DNA of 64,000 nt from Parasitella parasitica NRRL 2501 (Eukaryota > Fungi > Mucoromycota), in the NCBI GenBank assembly GCA_025201805.1, contig MU619290.1, forward strand, positions 89,400-153,399, given 5' to 3'. This document shows, one piece after another, positions 11,431 to 26,050 of the stretch. Made by a program: the position numbers and the translations under genes. The stretch's first letter is position 1. Each line of letters opens with the position of its first letter. The notes beneath the pieces are model-generated. The model saw only the letters and a list, made by a program, of their open reading frames with translations. It searched no databases and was not told where the DNA came from.

Positions 11431-11919
11431 AGTGATACATTTATAAGAAGAAATGATTGAGGAAGCCGAAAATGTTGCAAGTCAAAGTCATTCTTTGGTT
11501 TCATAATTCCGTATTGTATATTACTACCTTATTTAGCACTTATATCCAATTATGCGGTTATCTTGAACTGAAAAAAGGACTCGAGCTGCATATGCCTTTT
11601 ATATCATACATGTTGGATGCCTGTTAAGTTAGCTGTTGATTGGTAAGTTGATAGATTAGCCATGAAATCAAATTTCTATAGTTTTTCATTATCGAAATGA
11701 AATTTTGTTCCGTTTGGATAATAAGGGGTTTATTATCTAAGTTTACAACTAGAGAGAGACACGTTTGTTGATAAATATCACTATACATCAGTTGAATTAT
11801 GGGACCGCGTACAAAAAATTTTTAACCGCATTGTGCTTTGGTGTGCAATTGCCATATTCAAACATTTTTTATATTCCTTTTTATTTTTGATTAATATATT
11901 CTTGCAGTAGATTAACGAA

Positions 11920-14001
<2,082 letters not shown>

Positions 14002-14149
14002 CAGATCAGCCAACACCTAAAAAAAGAAAAAGAAATATATATAGGGGAGCAGGCATCCTTCTTTCCGTGTTCTATAAATTCATACATTATATTTTCGCTG
14101 CACTTTTTAACGCTTTTAGAGCAGCTCATACTTTTAAAATCTACAAATA

Positions 14150-14151
<2 letters not shown>

Positions 14152-14221
<70 letters not shown>
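14152..14221. repeat. About 70-nt poly(T) tract with one C
   Basis: Read directly, about 150 nt after the PAP1 stop. Confidence 0.9.
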
Positions 14222-14224
<3 letters not shown>

Positions 14225-15348
14225 TACTACTTTTCATTCATAAGAATATGCACCTTAATTAAATATTTGAAAATTTATTTGCGAGGAGCTAATCATGAAA
14301 ATGTAATACAAACGCTTTGCAATTCATTGATTAAAGAAATCGGCCTATAAAAGTGTTGTCTTCTTTTATCGCTGCTTGACCCAACCACTTTTTGTATTTG
14401 TCTCTATCTATAAGTACGGCAGCTGTCGTTTGCCATAAATATCTTCATGTGCCTGTGGTTAAGGAGAAGTCTGCAGCAAAAGAGTACTTTGGCGGAGATT
14501 GAATCTTGAACGTTTTGGTTTTTCTCAGGAACCCAAAAATTGACGTCTAATTTTTGTTTTTCGACAATATCAATATAAAAAGGACCTCCAATCGAAAGGT
14601 AGTTCTAATCTGATTTGTTTAATTTTGAAGTATCTACTAGATGAAAAAAAAATTGTGTAAATTGACCTATTTTTTATAAAGATATTTTGAAAAAACTGGA
14701 AATCGGTTTATCTGTAAAAAGTCAAATATTTGCATAATGACTACCCAATTAAGCAATTTAGAAGTGTAACAGACCTCAAACTGCTCATTTTCCAATATGA
14801 AATAGCATATGAAAAAATGTCGATTTTGGCGTCAAAAATCTGATCAAATGATTTCTATGAATTTCGCCTTACCCTTACTCATGAAAGAATCAAGAAAATG
14901 GTTGATTTTGCATCGAAAAAAAAAGTTGCCCAAAAATAGCCGCAAATGCTTTCCTTGACGCTATGGTGGACATGGAATGCCATATTGCAAGTTAATTGAG
15001 CTTTTTTTAGGCGGCATTGACAAGATAAACGCTTCTCCTCGTCTAAATGAACCACATGAATTGACAAAAGAATAAATGTATCTCCTGGTTTTCTCCGAGA
15101 GGGAACAGACATTATAGTAAAACTATTTCAGTATGCAGTGTTTGTCAATTTGGATTATTTATAGTTGTACAAGACATGCCTTTTCACATTAAACTTGAGT
15201 ACAACCAGCTACAAAATCAGAGTTATTAGAGATTGATTGATTCCCAGTTTTTTAAATTGCCCTTTAGGATTTTTTCCTCTCTTTGTTTTCTTTCTTCTTT
15301 CTTCTTTACTTTGTTTTTCTCTTTCTTGCAAGTTTTCGTAGCACCCTA

Positions 15349-18300
15349 ATGACATTCAGCGCCCAGTTGTCAACTATTTTGGTGGAATGGACAACGGCGC
15401 TTGTTGATAACGACATCACTCTGGTTCAAAAGTTCCTGCTCAAGGAACCTGAGTTACTGTGGACTCCTATACCCCAATCACTAGATAATCTCGATCACCT
15501 TGAACAGCGGTTAGCTGAATCAAAGAAACTAGGATCGACATTTCAGCCAGTCAGTGCTATTCAGTTTACCTGCCTCTACATTAACCAAGATGATCAATTG
15601 AAACTAATAGCTTATTTAATTGAGGTAAGATGAACCGTTTTATTATACAGAGCATGGATGCACATGCATGTATAGCAGCAACTGAGAAAGGTCAAAAATA
15701 GCAATCTTCTCTACATGATCTTGATACTCGTTTCTGGGGTGAATGCAACAACTCGACGCTTCATTTAGCTTGCTTCCTGGAAAACAAGCCAATCATGCGG
15801 CTCTTGCTCGAAAAAGGAGTATCTGCCACTCCTGCCAATGACCTTGGCTACCTACCAAGCGATATTGCTGCTGCAGACATCATATTACACTACTTGGACC
15901 AACAAAAGCAGCAGCAATCATCTCGAAGCAAAGCTGTCAGACCTAATTATGGCACTCCCAATAAATTTAAGCTCTTGAAAGAGCTTGCAGAGGAGACAAC
16001 GAACTCGGGAGGAGACGATCACAAGACATTGGAAATTAGTCTTGATCGCCAAAAGTCGGATGGCCGGTTATTTCGTAAGGGTAGAGTCAAGGAGACACAG
16101 CAAAAAGTATTAGCTGAAGAAGCTGAATTGGAGAAGCAGAGATTAAAGAGACAGATGGAGGTGGCTCAGTTGGCTAAAAAGTCGGCAGTCAAGAACAACC
16201 CCTTATTTATGAAATTGGAGAAAAAGTTTGGTCCAGCCAATAAAGCGACTGGGGAGATAGCAAGTAAGCATATAAACGCACGGATGGAGCAAGCCATTGC
16301 CAAAAGAAATTCTAGCGTGATTTCGTCGCTCAAGGTCAAATCGTATGTGTCTTCAAGCATCTTTCTCCAAGCAGATGAAGATGCCACGATCGAACAAAAA
16401 CTACCTCCGCCTCCTATTCCTCCTGCTGCAACCATTACCACAACCGATTCCCACAAAACTGACGACCAACAAGACGAGAACTCCAACAACGAAGTTTGTG
16501 CCACGACGCCGCCATTGAATGTCAATAAAACACAAACTCTAATCGGGAGCACGGAACCTGATGAATTGTTGGTTGACGGGCAATTTGCCATTTCTGATAA
16601 TCCTGTGCTAAAGGATCATGAAACATTGACAGAAGAAGAGGATGAGGAATCCAGTGAGGATGAGGATGAATTCGATGAGCAACAGGACTTTGATTCGAGT
16701 ACAAACAATCTCAGTTCATCATCTTCGCTGACGGTTACATCCAAGATCAACTACTCACCAATAGAGAACAAGACTGTATACCCAGACATTCAAAGTTATT
16801 ACCAGTACAATAAAACCAGTGCAAATGCTTGTCACCAAAATCAGCATCGTGAATTGGATCATAGTATAGCAGAAACTGACGAGGAAGAAGAAGAGGAGCA
16901 AGAGAGCGGGGAGAGCGGGGAGAGCGAGGAGAACGAGGAGAGCGAGGAGCAAGAGGAGGATGAAGAGGAGGATGAGGAAATCGTGCCTGTACAGTTTGCT
17001 ACTCGATTGGCAACTCCTATTTACAAATCAGTAACGATCCTCAACGAAGACCAGAGAGTAGCACCAGTGACTACAACAATCTCTACCATCAATCCATCAA
17101 AGACAGACAATGGTTGTACAGCTGTGCCAAATGAGATTGACACTATACACGAAAATCAAGAGATGGTACTTGATGATCTCAAGATAGAGGAAGCTCAAAA
17201 TTTCACCAGTCATTCAGCGGCGGCAGTAGTAGATACACCATTTGTGGAACCGCCTGAATCATCCCCGCCAGTGCCACCCTTGCGATCTCGTGAAAGTGCA
17301 ATTGCCGTATTAAAAAAGCTGGAAAAACAAGACTCAAGAGAGATGAAACGAAGGAGCGGAAGTCAAAAGGCTTCTTGGACTATGAGCATGAGCTCGTGGG
17401 CTGCTATTTTGGATAGAGAATTCAATCTAGAAGAGCTGGATCAAGAGAAGAAGCTGAAAGAAATGCAAAGATTTCGTCAATCAGTGGCCGAATCAGAAGA
17501 AAAAGGGTCGTCAGCATCACCAGATCATTGCAAAGTTGATGGATTGGGGTTGGCAAATCGAAACATGGACATGGACCCTACTGAGGCTCAAGTCGGCAGG
17601 TCTAATCCAACAGAGATATCGTTGGATTTCTCGAATTTTGAAACGCCAGCTATACCCACCGTAAGTGTTCAAAAATCGATTTCAACCAACACATCAGCAC
17701 CGCAAATTGGAGAAATTCCACGATTAAATGCGTCCAAATCAGTGCGTCGAAAGCCCATTACATCTTCTCTGTCTGAACCCAATTTGCAGCAGCAGCAGCG
17801 GCCAGCAAGTAGTGTAAAACAATACAATATTACCCTCAGCCAAGCTACAGTCAAAAAGGCAGGCTACGGCAGACTCTATCTGCATGTCAATGGCATTCAG
17901 GACATACTGCTTCCCCTGCCAAAAGACCGCGCCTATGTGCGCTGTGTGGTCAGCGATGGTCGCTTTGAGTACATGTCCCGGTATGAAATCCTATCTCAAA
18001 ACATCAATTATGACTATGAATGCGTGATTGATACGCATCCAGATATGATCATCACTATATCGCTACATGTCCGCCCTGACTATATCATGAAATCTCGTAC
18101 ACCCTTTTCACGCTTATTTTCGAAAAAGAAAAAGAAGGAATGTCTGTCTGGCTATGTCAACAAGGAGGATGGTGCTATTGGGCAGGCTCGGTTTGCCTTG
18201 ACTCACATGTTGCCTGTATGTCAGCATAACTCATACTTGGCCGGCTTCCATTGCTTCAATGCTTGGTATTCACGATCATTCAAGGAACGCCATCGACAAA

Positions 18301-18553
18301 AGAAAAAGAAGCGAGACTCTGACCGAGATGTGTTAAAAGTGGTGGGAAACTTTGATATTGAGATGCTGTATTTACCGGCAGAAAACTACAGCCAAAAGGT
18401 ATACATAAAATAATGTGAAATGCTGTTTTACATGTGGAACTAATATTAACTATGGAATAGCCGTTCCCTCAAAGCTTACGTGAATGCGACCAAATCATCA
18501 AGCAGTTGCATGAATCAAAGTCATCCTCATCAACACGATACCAAACTATTTAA
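15349..18553 (+). CDS. Ankyrin-like N-terminus, long acidic low-complexity middle and Bud4/Mid2 anillin-like (DUF1709-type) C-terminal domain
   Basis: STLHLACFLENKPIMRLLLEKGVSATPANDLGYLPSD is ankyrin-like; GRLYLHVNGIQDILLPLP...VNKEDGAIGQARF...VVGNFDIEMLYLP and last exon PFPQSLREC are anillin/Bud4-like; 3 exons. Confidence 0.65.
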
Positions 18554-18648
18554 TAAATCAATCAACGCCTGTACTATTGTGTGTATATTCTCTCTTTAAT
18601 AGCTTTTTTTATTTTATTTTTTATTTCAATTTATACGTTAAAAGGATA

Positions 18649-19529
18649 TCAAAAATCGTCACCTTGATGGGCGAAAAAGTGTGTATATGCAATAACTATG
18701 AACGTAATAATCAATTCCACATCTCCACAATAAACCTACATTTATACATACTTGTTCCATATACTAATAAACCTCCTGTGATACTCATAACCATAGCTGG
18801 TACAGTAATCTATGAATTAAACATTCTTTAGTTTCAATGCATCGGCTTTCATCGTACCGAAATAGCTTACGACTTCAGCATGGGCCAAGACAAATGGCAA
18901 ACCTACACATTGGATGCATGTTAAATCAGCACATTGCTTTACTAATCCCAACTGTTTACACTTACAAAATCCTGTGACAATAAACATGCCGGTTATGAAA
19001 TGTCCTGCATCAATGACACCACTAATACGATGTTGGTAAGAAAAAAATAAAAAATGCATTTATTATAGCGATACGCTAATACATGCCTGTTATAATCTGA
19101 CATGAGGTCGTCTTCTCCTGAGCATCTCCCACACAGAGCATTAGGCAAAGGTGCTAATAAATATGTAGCAACTGTTTGAAAACATGAGTTTGTGTGTTAC
19201 ATTTCTCGTTCTTCTCTTTGTTGTTTTTTACCAACTAATAAAGGCCACCAATTACTAGGAAATAAAAGCATGTTTAGCAGCAATTAAATACTTTTACGTA
19301 CCGGGAAATACTTACTAGTAGAGAGCACAAGATAAAATCACCAGTAGAAAGCCAATAGCCAAAACAAAAGCCAAAGCAATGATACTAAATATTGGGGGAT
19401 AAAATTAGATGCTCTCCAAGTTGTTGAGAAGAAACTATCTCTTACGCTATTAAATTTCAATGCCTTTTTTTTTAGTTGCTAGCATAACCAAGTTTATTCA
19501 CATGCAAACTTACTTCTTAAACCTGCCAT
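18649..19529 (-). CDS. VPS55: Vacuolar protein sorting 55 (OB-RGRP family), many small exons including a 1-nt exon at 19446
   Basis: Assembled MAGLRTIIALAFVLAIGFLLVILSCALYYNWWPLLV...ATYLLAPLPNAL...IDAGHFITG...LPFVLAHAEV...HQGDDF*. Confidence 0.9.
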
Positions 19530-20028
19530 AATTTGTACAAAGAAGTGTATAAAGATTAAGAAAGAACAAAAAACGTTTGGAAAACATACACATTTGAAAT
19601 GTGCATTTAAACCACGCCGACGTCAGCTGCGTCAAGGTCTTTGACATACAAAATACTACGATTCTGGGATGTCTTTCATGACTCCATGCCAAAAATTGCC
19701 AGAGCATTAAAAGTAACTTCTTTTGATGCCGCTACAAATGATTCCATCACATTCTAACAAAAGTATCCAGGCTCGAATAGATATCTGGAATTATCCGTAT
19801 TTCAGTACTTTAGCGAGCCAAAATCATGTTACCATCAGTACCATGCTATAGAGCTTGCGTATTTTCTTTGCCAACAAATTTTTATCCGACTAGTTGATAC
19901 AACCTATACTTGATGATAGACATTAAAAAGCGAGGCCGACGTCATGATTGTACATTTAATACGATGTCTATAAATAAGGCGAACCACCATCTTTGGCTCG
20001 TTACTCTTTTCTCTTTGCTCGCCATCTA

Positions 20029-22057
20029 ATGAGCTCCAAAAAAAGCTGGAAATTTTATGCTACCGTGGTTGTTGCTACCGCACTTGTTGGCACAGGCGCA
20101 TTCATTCTTTCAAATCAACGGTCAAGTCTCAAGCGACGACAAACAAGTACGTACATATACATGCAATGGCTTTAATCTCTGCTTTATCAAGCATTCATTT
20201 ATATAGAGAAGACTGTGCCGGATTTAACAGATGAGATGTACGAATCCATGACAGATAATGATATCGCTCTCCTAAGTGCTCAGGTATGTATACGTAATCT
20301 GCTTGGCTTTTGACATATTGTCTCAGTAATTGTCATTTTACGCAGCAACGTTTAACAGCGTCGACATCGCTTAAAGTCAAAGGAAATCAAGCGTTTACCG
20401 AAAAGAGATATTATAATGCTATTAAGCTATACACTCAGGCGACTCGCTTCTCGGCAGAACCGATCTTTTACTCTAACCGCGCTGCTTGTTTCTCAAATCT
20501 GGGGCAGATGGATCGAGTGATAGCCGATTGCAGTGAAGCATTGCGGTTAAATCCTACCTATATCCGGGCATTACAGAGAAGGGCGCAAGCATATGAAGTT
20601 ATGGGCAATGAATCAAATGCATTATTTGGTATGCAGTATATACATAGGTCATTGCACAAAAGGGATGGCATCTCACTCGATTCCAACAGACTATACTGCA
20701 ATTTTAATTTTAGAAGGCGTTAAAAATGAGCAGGCGTCAGAAGCGACTGAAAGATTGCTTGGATATATCTCGGAGCAAAAGGCAAAAGAAATGATCAAGG
20801 TAAACCAACTTGTAATTTATCACTTGAAACCTATTTTTTCAACTGGGGAAAAAAAAAAAAAAAAATAGGGAAAACCACATAGACTTCCTTCTTCGATATT
20901 CATCAATGTCTATCTGAAATCGTTTGCTCCAGGTAATACGAATTTACATTCATATTGGCAATAAATTATCTCTAACACTCGAAAAATAGATAAACATGAT
21001 AGCGAACTGCCGTACGCCTTAAGCGAGGATGGAGGTGATGCCTATTTTGTTAAAGCCAGAGCCGCTTTGGCACAAAAGGACTACTACGAGTCTCTTGAAC
21101 ACATCAAGACGGCAGTAAAATTGGGATGTTCAAATCAAGCACTAGCACTTGACCTTAAAGGCACATTGAACTTCTTGGAAGGACAGTCTGATGCCGCTCT
21201 TGAGGCATTTGACCAAGCACTGATATTTGATCCTACTTGTATTCAAGTTTATATCAAGAAATCCGACGTCTATATGGAACAAGGAGATCTCAAAGCGGCA
21301 CTCGCACAATTGGATATTGCTACCAAATTGAATCCTCTCGATGCTTATGTCTACTATCATCGAGGCCAGATATTTTATGTTAGTGGACAATACAATTTAG
21401 CATTGGAAGATTATACCGAAAGTATGCGTTTGGACCCAACATTTGTGTACTCACAAATTCAATTGGCTGTCGTTGAGCATAAACTTGGCCACCATGTGAA
21501 AGCAGTAAACATATTCCAGCAGGTGTCAGCACAGTTCCCTACCTGTGCAGAAGTTCACAACTACTATGGGGAAGTATTAATAGATCAGGGCAAGACCCAA
21601 GGCGCAATCGACATGTTTAACAAGGCCATGGCATTGGATCCAAGTCATCCAATTCCGTACATCAACAAAGCCATGGTCTTGTACCAACATTTAGGAAACC
21701 CAGAGGAAGCGATTCAATTATGCAAAAATGCACTGGATGGTATAGGATGATTATGCTCTTATCAAATAACAAGCTGACAAGCACTTGTAACATTTATAGC
21801 TGATCCCGCTTGTGACGCTGCTGTTGCTTCGGTAGCACAAATGTTGATTGAGCAGGATCGACCATGGGAAGCATTAGTCTACTATGAAAAGGCAATGGAT
21901 CTTGCGAGAACTCAGGCTGAACTAGAGCATGCCATTAGTTACGTGGAAGCCACTAAAGCACAAATCAGGCAAGCTCGTGGCGGTACAAAGTCAAATGTTG
22001 TGCTAACAAATGTATTTTTTTTTTTTTTTTTTTAGATTTAGAGAGGAATACGTTTAA
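20029..22057 (+). CDS. TOM70: Mitochondrial import receptor Tom70 (TPR protein)
   Basis: N-terminal anchor WKFYATVVVATALVGTGAFIL; LKVKGNQAF...FYSNRAAC; YYHRGQ, YSQIQLAV, VHNYYGEVL, PYINKA; ARTQAELEHAISYVEATKAQI. Confidence 0.92.
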
Positions 22058-22216
22058 AGTATTCTCAATTTATAAAAAGAAAGTCTTTAATGAGCACCCT
22101 ATCCAATTGGATGAATAATTGCCCAGGACAGATCAAAGATTGTAATTAGAGTCTAATCGAAATGGAAGGTAAAAAGGAATGGCAGGTGCATATGGTGAGA
22201 TTATCACAAAGGGATA

Positions 22217-23497
22217 CAGTGCTTCCCACTCGCAAATTACCGAATGTTTGAAAAGACCGCCCACTATTTTGAGGCTAAATTGCCCATACAAAGCAGACTA
22301 GTTTGGCCGGATGTTTGAAGTTAATTTGACCAGTTTTTATTTAATTTATGGAATGCTGAATGAAATTCTGCAAATGTTCAACAGCAACATCTTTGTTTCC
22401 TTCAACAACCCTTGATGTGAGGATTTCTACATCGGTCAACTTACTTTCCTCTACCTCTATCCTTCAAAACTTTCCAAAACTGCTCGATAGGGTTGAGCTT
22501 TAGTGAGGGGGAGGGGGGGGGGGATAGGGTAAGAAATATACAGGTATTTTAACTTGTTTGATAATTATAGAAACAACGATATCATGGCTATGAATTGGGG
22601 GGGGGGCATTGTCCATAACAACATGAAAGTCTTTCATGTTGGGAAATCCATTCATGATGTCTAATGTGTCACTGATAAACTGGGCGAAATGGCCGGCTAT
22701 AGTTCCTCTTAGTATAGCGCCGGGTGCTTTTCTTTTGACGGCGCCTACAACCCTTCTTTTTTTGACGTATCGTGGCTCCCTTTTACTTACATTAAACACA
22801 CCAAATGCCTCCGAATTGCACTCGCAGACGGCGATTCTATGATTGCCCGAGTGCCACGCTTTGACCGACGCATGTTTATATCGGAGCCTAATTCATCAAG
22901 AAATGCACAATTTTGCATATACAACAGCATGACTTTCTTAACCCATTCCTCCACAAACTTAGCACGGCGATTTGTTTTTTGACAGGGGAGTTTTTTTTCC
23001 AGGATCTTTGTTATATGCTGTCTTCCATTTTCTTGCAGTTTCGTAATGGACATTGACTGCTTTAGCTGCTTGAGAAGGTGTCATAAGTTTATCGTCGTCG
23101 ATTTTCATCCGTATGACTATTGTAGACTGATTTTCGTTCTTTTTTTTTTTTGGGAGCTGCTTCTTCCATATCAGCGTCTTTGGGTTCTTTGTTCTTGACG
23201 TATTTGTGGGGATTCGTCAAATTTGTCAGTCGAAATGATGATTCTACAACAAAGTATGACGCTTCCTTGTCAGACTCGTCTACGATTCCACGCCTACCAT
23301 CTTTGTGGAAGCTATTCATTTCAGCGAGTTACGGTATAAAGAACGGGAACATCCAAAACAAAAAAGTTGGTTAAACTATTTGCAAAATGTGGTCCCAAAA
23401 CTGGTCTCCTTTGTTTGGGCAATTTAGTCCCGCACAAGAGCCAAAATAGTGGGCGGTCTTTTTCAAGCATTCGGTAAATTGAAAGTGGGAAGCATTG
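22217..23497 (-). mobile_element. Tc1/mariner (IS630-like, DDE_3) DNA transposon, full length but frameshifted
   Basis: TIRs CAGTGCTTCCCACTCGCAAATTACCGAATG... and ...CATTCGGTAAATTGAAAGTGGGAAGCATTG flanked by TA at 22215-16 and 23498-99; transposase pieces CAFLDE, VVMDNAP, FLPYP and LNPIEQFWKV in shifted frames. Confidence 0.93.
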
Positions 23498-23686
23498 TAT
23501 CCCCAATGCAGCTGCTAAACTACAGACGTTAAAATAGTCTGGGGGCGTCACAGCAAACCGATGGCTTGTGTGTGTCAAAAAAAAAAAAAAAAAAAAAAAA
23601 AAAAACGCATTTGAACTATATCAAGTCGGCATACTCGCGATTTTCTTTTCTCTCTTTTTTCTTTATCGTGTTTATATATTAATAAA

Positions 23687-24486
23687 ATGTCTGCTGAAGA
23701 TCTCTTGAACGATACATTCCTGGTGCTTGAGGAAGAAACCTTGAAGGCCAATGAGCAAGTGCAAGCTTTTCAACGCAAGCTTATGGATCCCATTTGGCAT
23801 AAACGTCGTGAATTGGTAAAGAAGATTCCAAACTTTTGGGGCACAGCCGTAAGTATATGTAGAGGCGGGGGGAGGGCGTCGTCAATTCAGCTGAATTAAG
23901 GTATCTGTGTAGATTGGTAACTCTCCCATGTTTGCTATCAACCCATCTGAAAACGACTTGGAGGCTTTGGATAATTTGACTGATTTCCACGTTGAGTATG
24001 ACCATGACAAGCCTGATTATCGTAAAATCGTTGCTGTAAGTAATACACACACCCAATGGCATATTCTGCATCTTTATTAAACTTTTGTGGTTTGAGCAGA
24101 CTTTCAAAAAGAACAGCGTCTTCAAGAATGAGACCTTGACCAAGGAAATCACTGTTGATCCTGAAAGCGATGGCACTACTGTCAGCAAGACCACCATTGA
24201 GTACCATGAGAATAAGGGCCCTAGCAATAAACGCAAGGCATCTGGTGATGATGAGGACGAGGACGACGACTTTAACGTTTCTTTTGTTGACTGGTTTGGC
24301 GATGACGATGTTCGTGCCGGTATCATCCTCTCTGAGGATATCTTCCCTAACGCTATTGAATATTACCAAGGTCCTGGTGAATCTGAGGATGAGGACGAAG
24401 ATGCTGAAATCGATCTTGACGATTCCGAAGGCGAGGATGAGGACGAAGAAGACGAGAAGCCCAAAACCAAGAAGGCCAAAAAGTAG
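23687..24486 (+). CDS. Nucleosome assembly protein family histone chaperone (SET/Vps75-like), 3 exons
   Basis: PIWHKRRELVKKIPNFWGTA, FKNETLTKE, SFVDWF, EDIFPNAIEYY, acidic tail and basic NLS-like end. Confidence 0.9.
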
Positions 24487-24902
24487 TTTTTTCAATTTTC
24501 AAGCGTAAATATGTAATAGTAAACTAATCAATAAAAGCGCATGAAATCCATGTATAGCCATTATTCATGTAAAAATGCTTATTGATTTAAATTAATTTTT
24601 TTTTCTTCTTCCTACATTTATAAACATTTGAGGTCTTCCTGCTCTAACCTCTGTGCGTGGACAGAGTCGTGTGCTGCAAACTCAACAAGCCTGTAAATTT
24701 TGTAGCTGGGAGAAACTGGGCTATTCCAACAATGATGAACCAAAGCCCTAAATCCAAGGAATCCGAAATACAAAGCCTTGTAGCAAGCATCAACAAGAAA
24801 CGCACATAAGCCATGTACAATCATCGTCATTCAATAACTAATTTATTTTTAATTGTGTTGACCCACATAATAAAAGGAAAAAAGCAGAGTGAAAAGACTA
24901 GT

Positions 24903-25792
24903 TTAAACCTTGAAACCACGAGAGGCACGCTTACCACGAGCACGCTCGAACTTGCGACCCTTGGAACGGACGAAAGGCTTCTTGTTCTTATGGGGACCCA
25001 TACCGAAATGTTTGACGGATTCGCGAGAGTTCTATATAGAAATTGTTAATTTACAGATATCCTAATTTGCCTTTTTTTTTAAAAAAAAAAATAACCACAT
25101 TACCTTGGCACCACGGACGAGAATGGTGTTGGCACCAGTAGGAGCACGGAGAGCCAATTGATCCAAGGTCAAAACCTCACCACCAGCCTTCAAGATGCGA
25201 GCCTTGGCAGTCTTGGTAAAGTGGAGAGCAGCGACAGAAAGCTTGGGGAGGTCCAAGAGACGAGAATCGTCGGTGACGGAACCAACAACGACAACAGTCT
25301 TACCTTCCTTGTTGTTCTTGACGATGCGAGAAACGGTAACAGGAGGACGGTTGACACGAGACATAAAGAGACGCTTCAATACAACCTTGTTAAAGTTGGC
25401 ATCGGTACGACGAGCAAGGAAACGGTAGAGCTACACACGAAGATCAGCATGATATCAAAAAGAAAGAAAAAATCCGCACAAAACCCCAATATTTACCTTA
25501 ACCAACAAGGCCAAGTAGACATTGTCAGACTTGGGAGCTGTACGGTTACTGTTTTTGACGTGATGTTTCTTTAAGTCAATACCCTAAATGCCATAGATTG
25601 AATCTGATTTTTAGTCGGCTGAACGCCAAGGAAGCAACTCGAAAAGCACAAACAGCAACAATCGATGCATTTTCGAAAATGGCAACTTGAACCCCATCCA
25701 TCAATCCATCCGTCTCAGATCATCCATTTCAGACATCGAGTTGTTGCTTTTCGAGTTGCCTATCCAAGAAAAAAAAAATCGATATTTACCAT
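24903..25792 (-). CDS. RPL18: 60S ribosomal protein L18 (eL18)
   Basis: M|[59 protein letters not shown]...[16 protein letters not shown]. Confidence 0.97.
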
Positions 25793-26050
25793 TGTAGTAG
25801 ATGTTTTGACAGCTGAAGTAAAGAAGGATCTATCGTCTCACTCCCCCATCTCTACTGTATAGGCTCTGTCTCCCTTTCCACACCTGCCCCCCCCTCCCCC
25901 CAGTTTGCCCTCCATTTACACAATTCCACTCCCGGCATCGCTACAAACACCTCTTCGATCCATCAACTTTTTGAAGATTACGGTACAGGAGTCACGATTG
26001 AAAAAGGCCCACGGCCAATACAGCTGAACCCCTCTTTCCATATCTTACAC

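Noticed and set aside
14300-15200. Possible MITE or transposon terminal region
   Set aside because: Texture resembles TE ends but no convincing TIR pair or TSD was found
19617-19945. GACGTCA CRE-like motifs between VPS55 and TOM70
   Set aside because: Short motifs with no conservation data; cannot be supported as regulatory sites
23781-24508. Long antisense and alternative-frame ORFs over the NAP gene, and similar ones over RPL18, UBP15 and CCC2
   Set aside because: Shadow ORFs caused by codon bias of the real genes
24618-24830. 70-aa minus-strand ORF, or a C/D snoRNA starting at ATGATGA (about 24732)
   Set aside because: No recognisable protein motif, and no D box (CTGA) or terminal stem at a suitable distance
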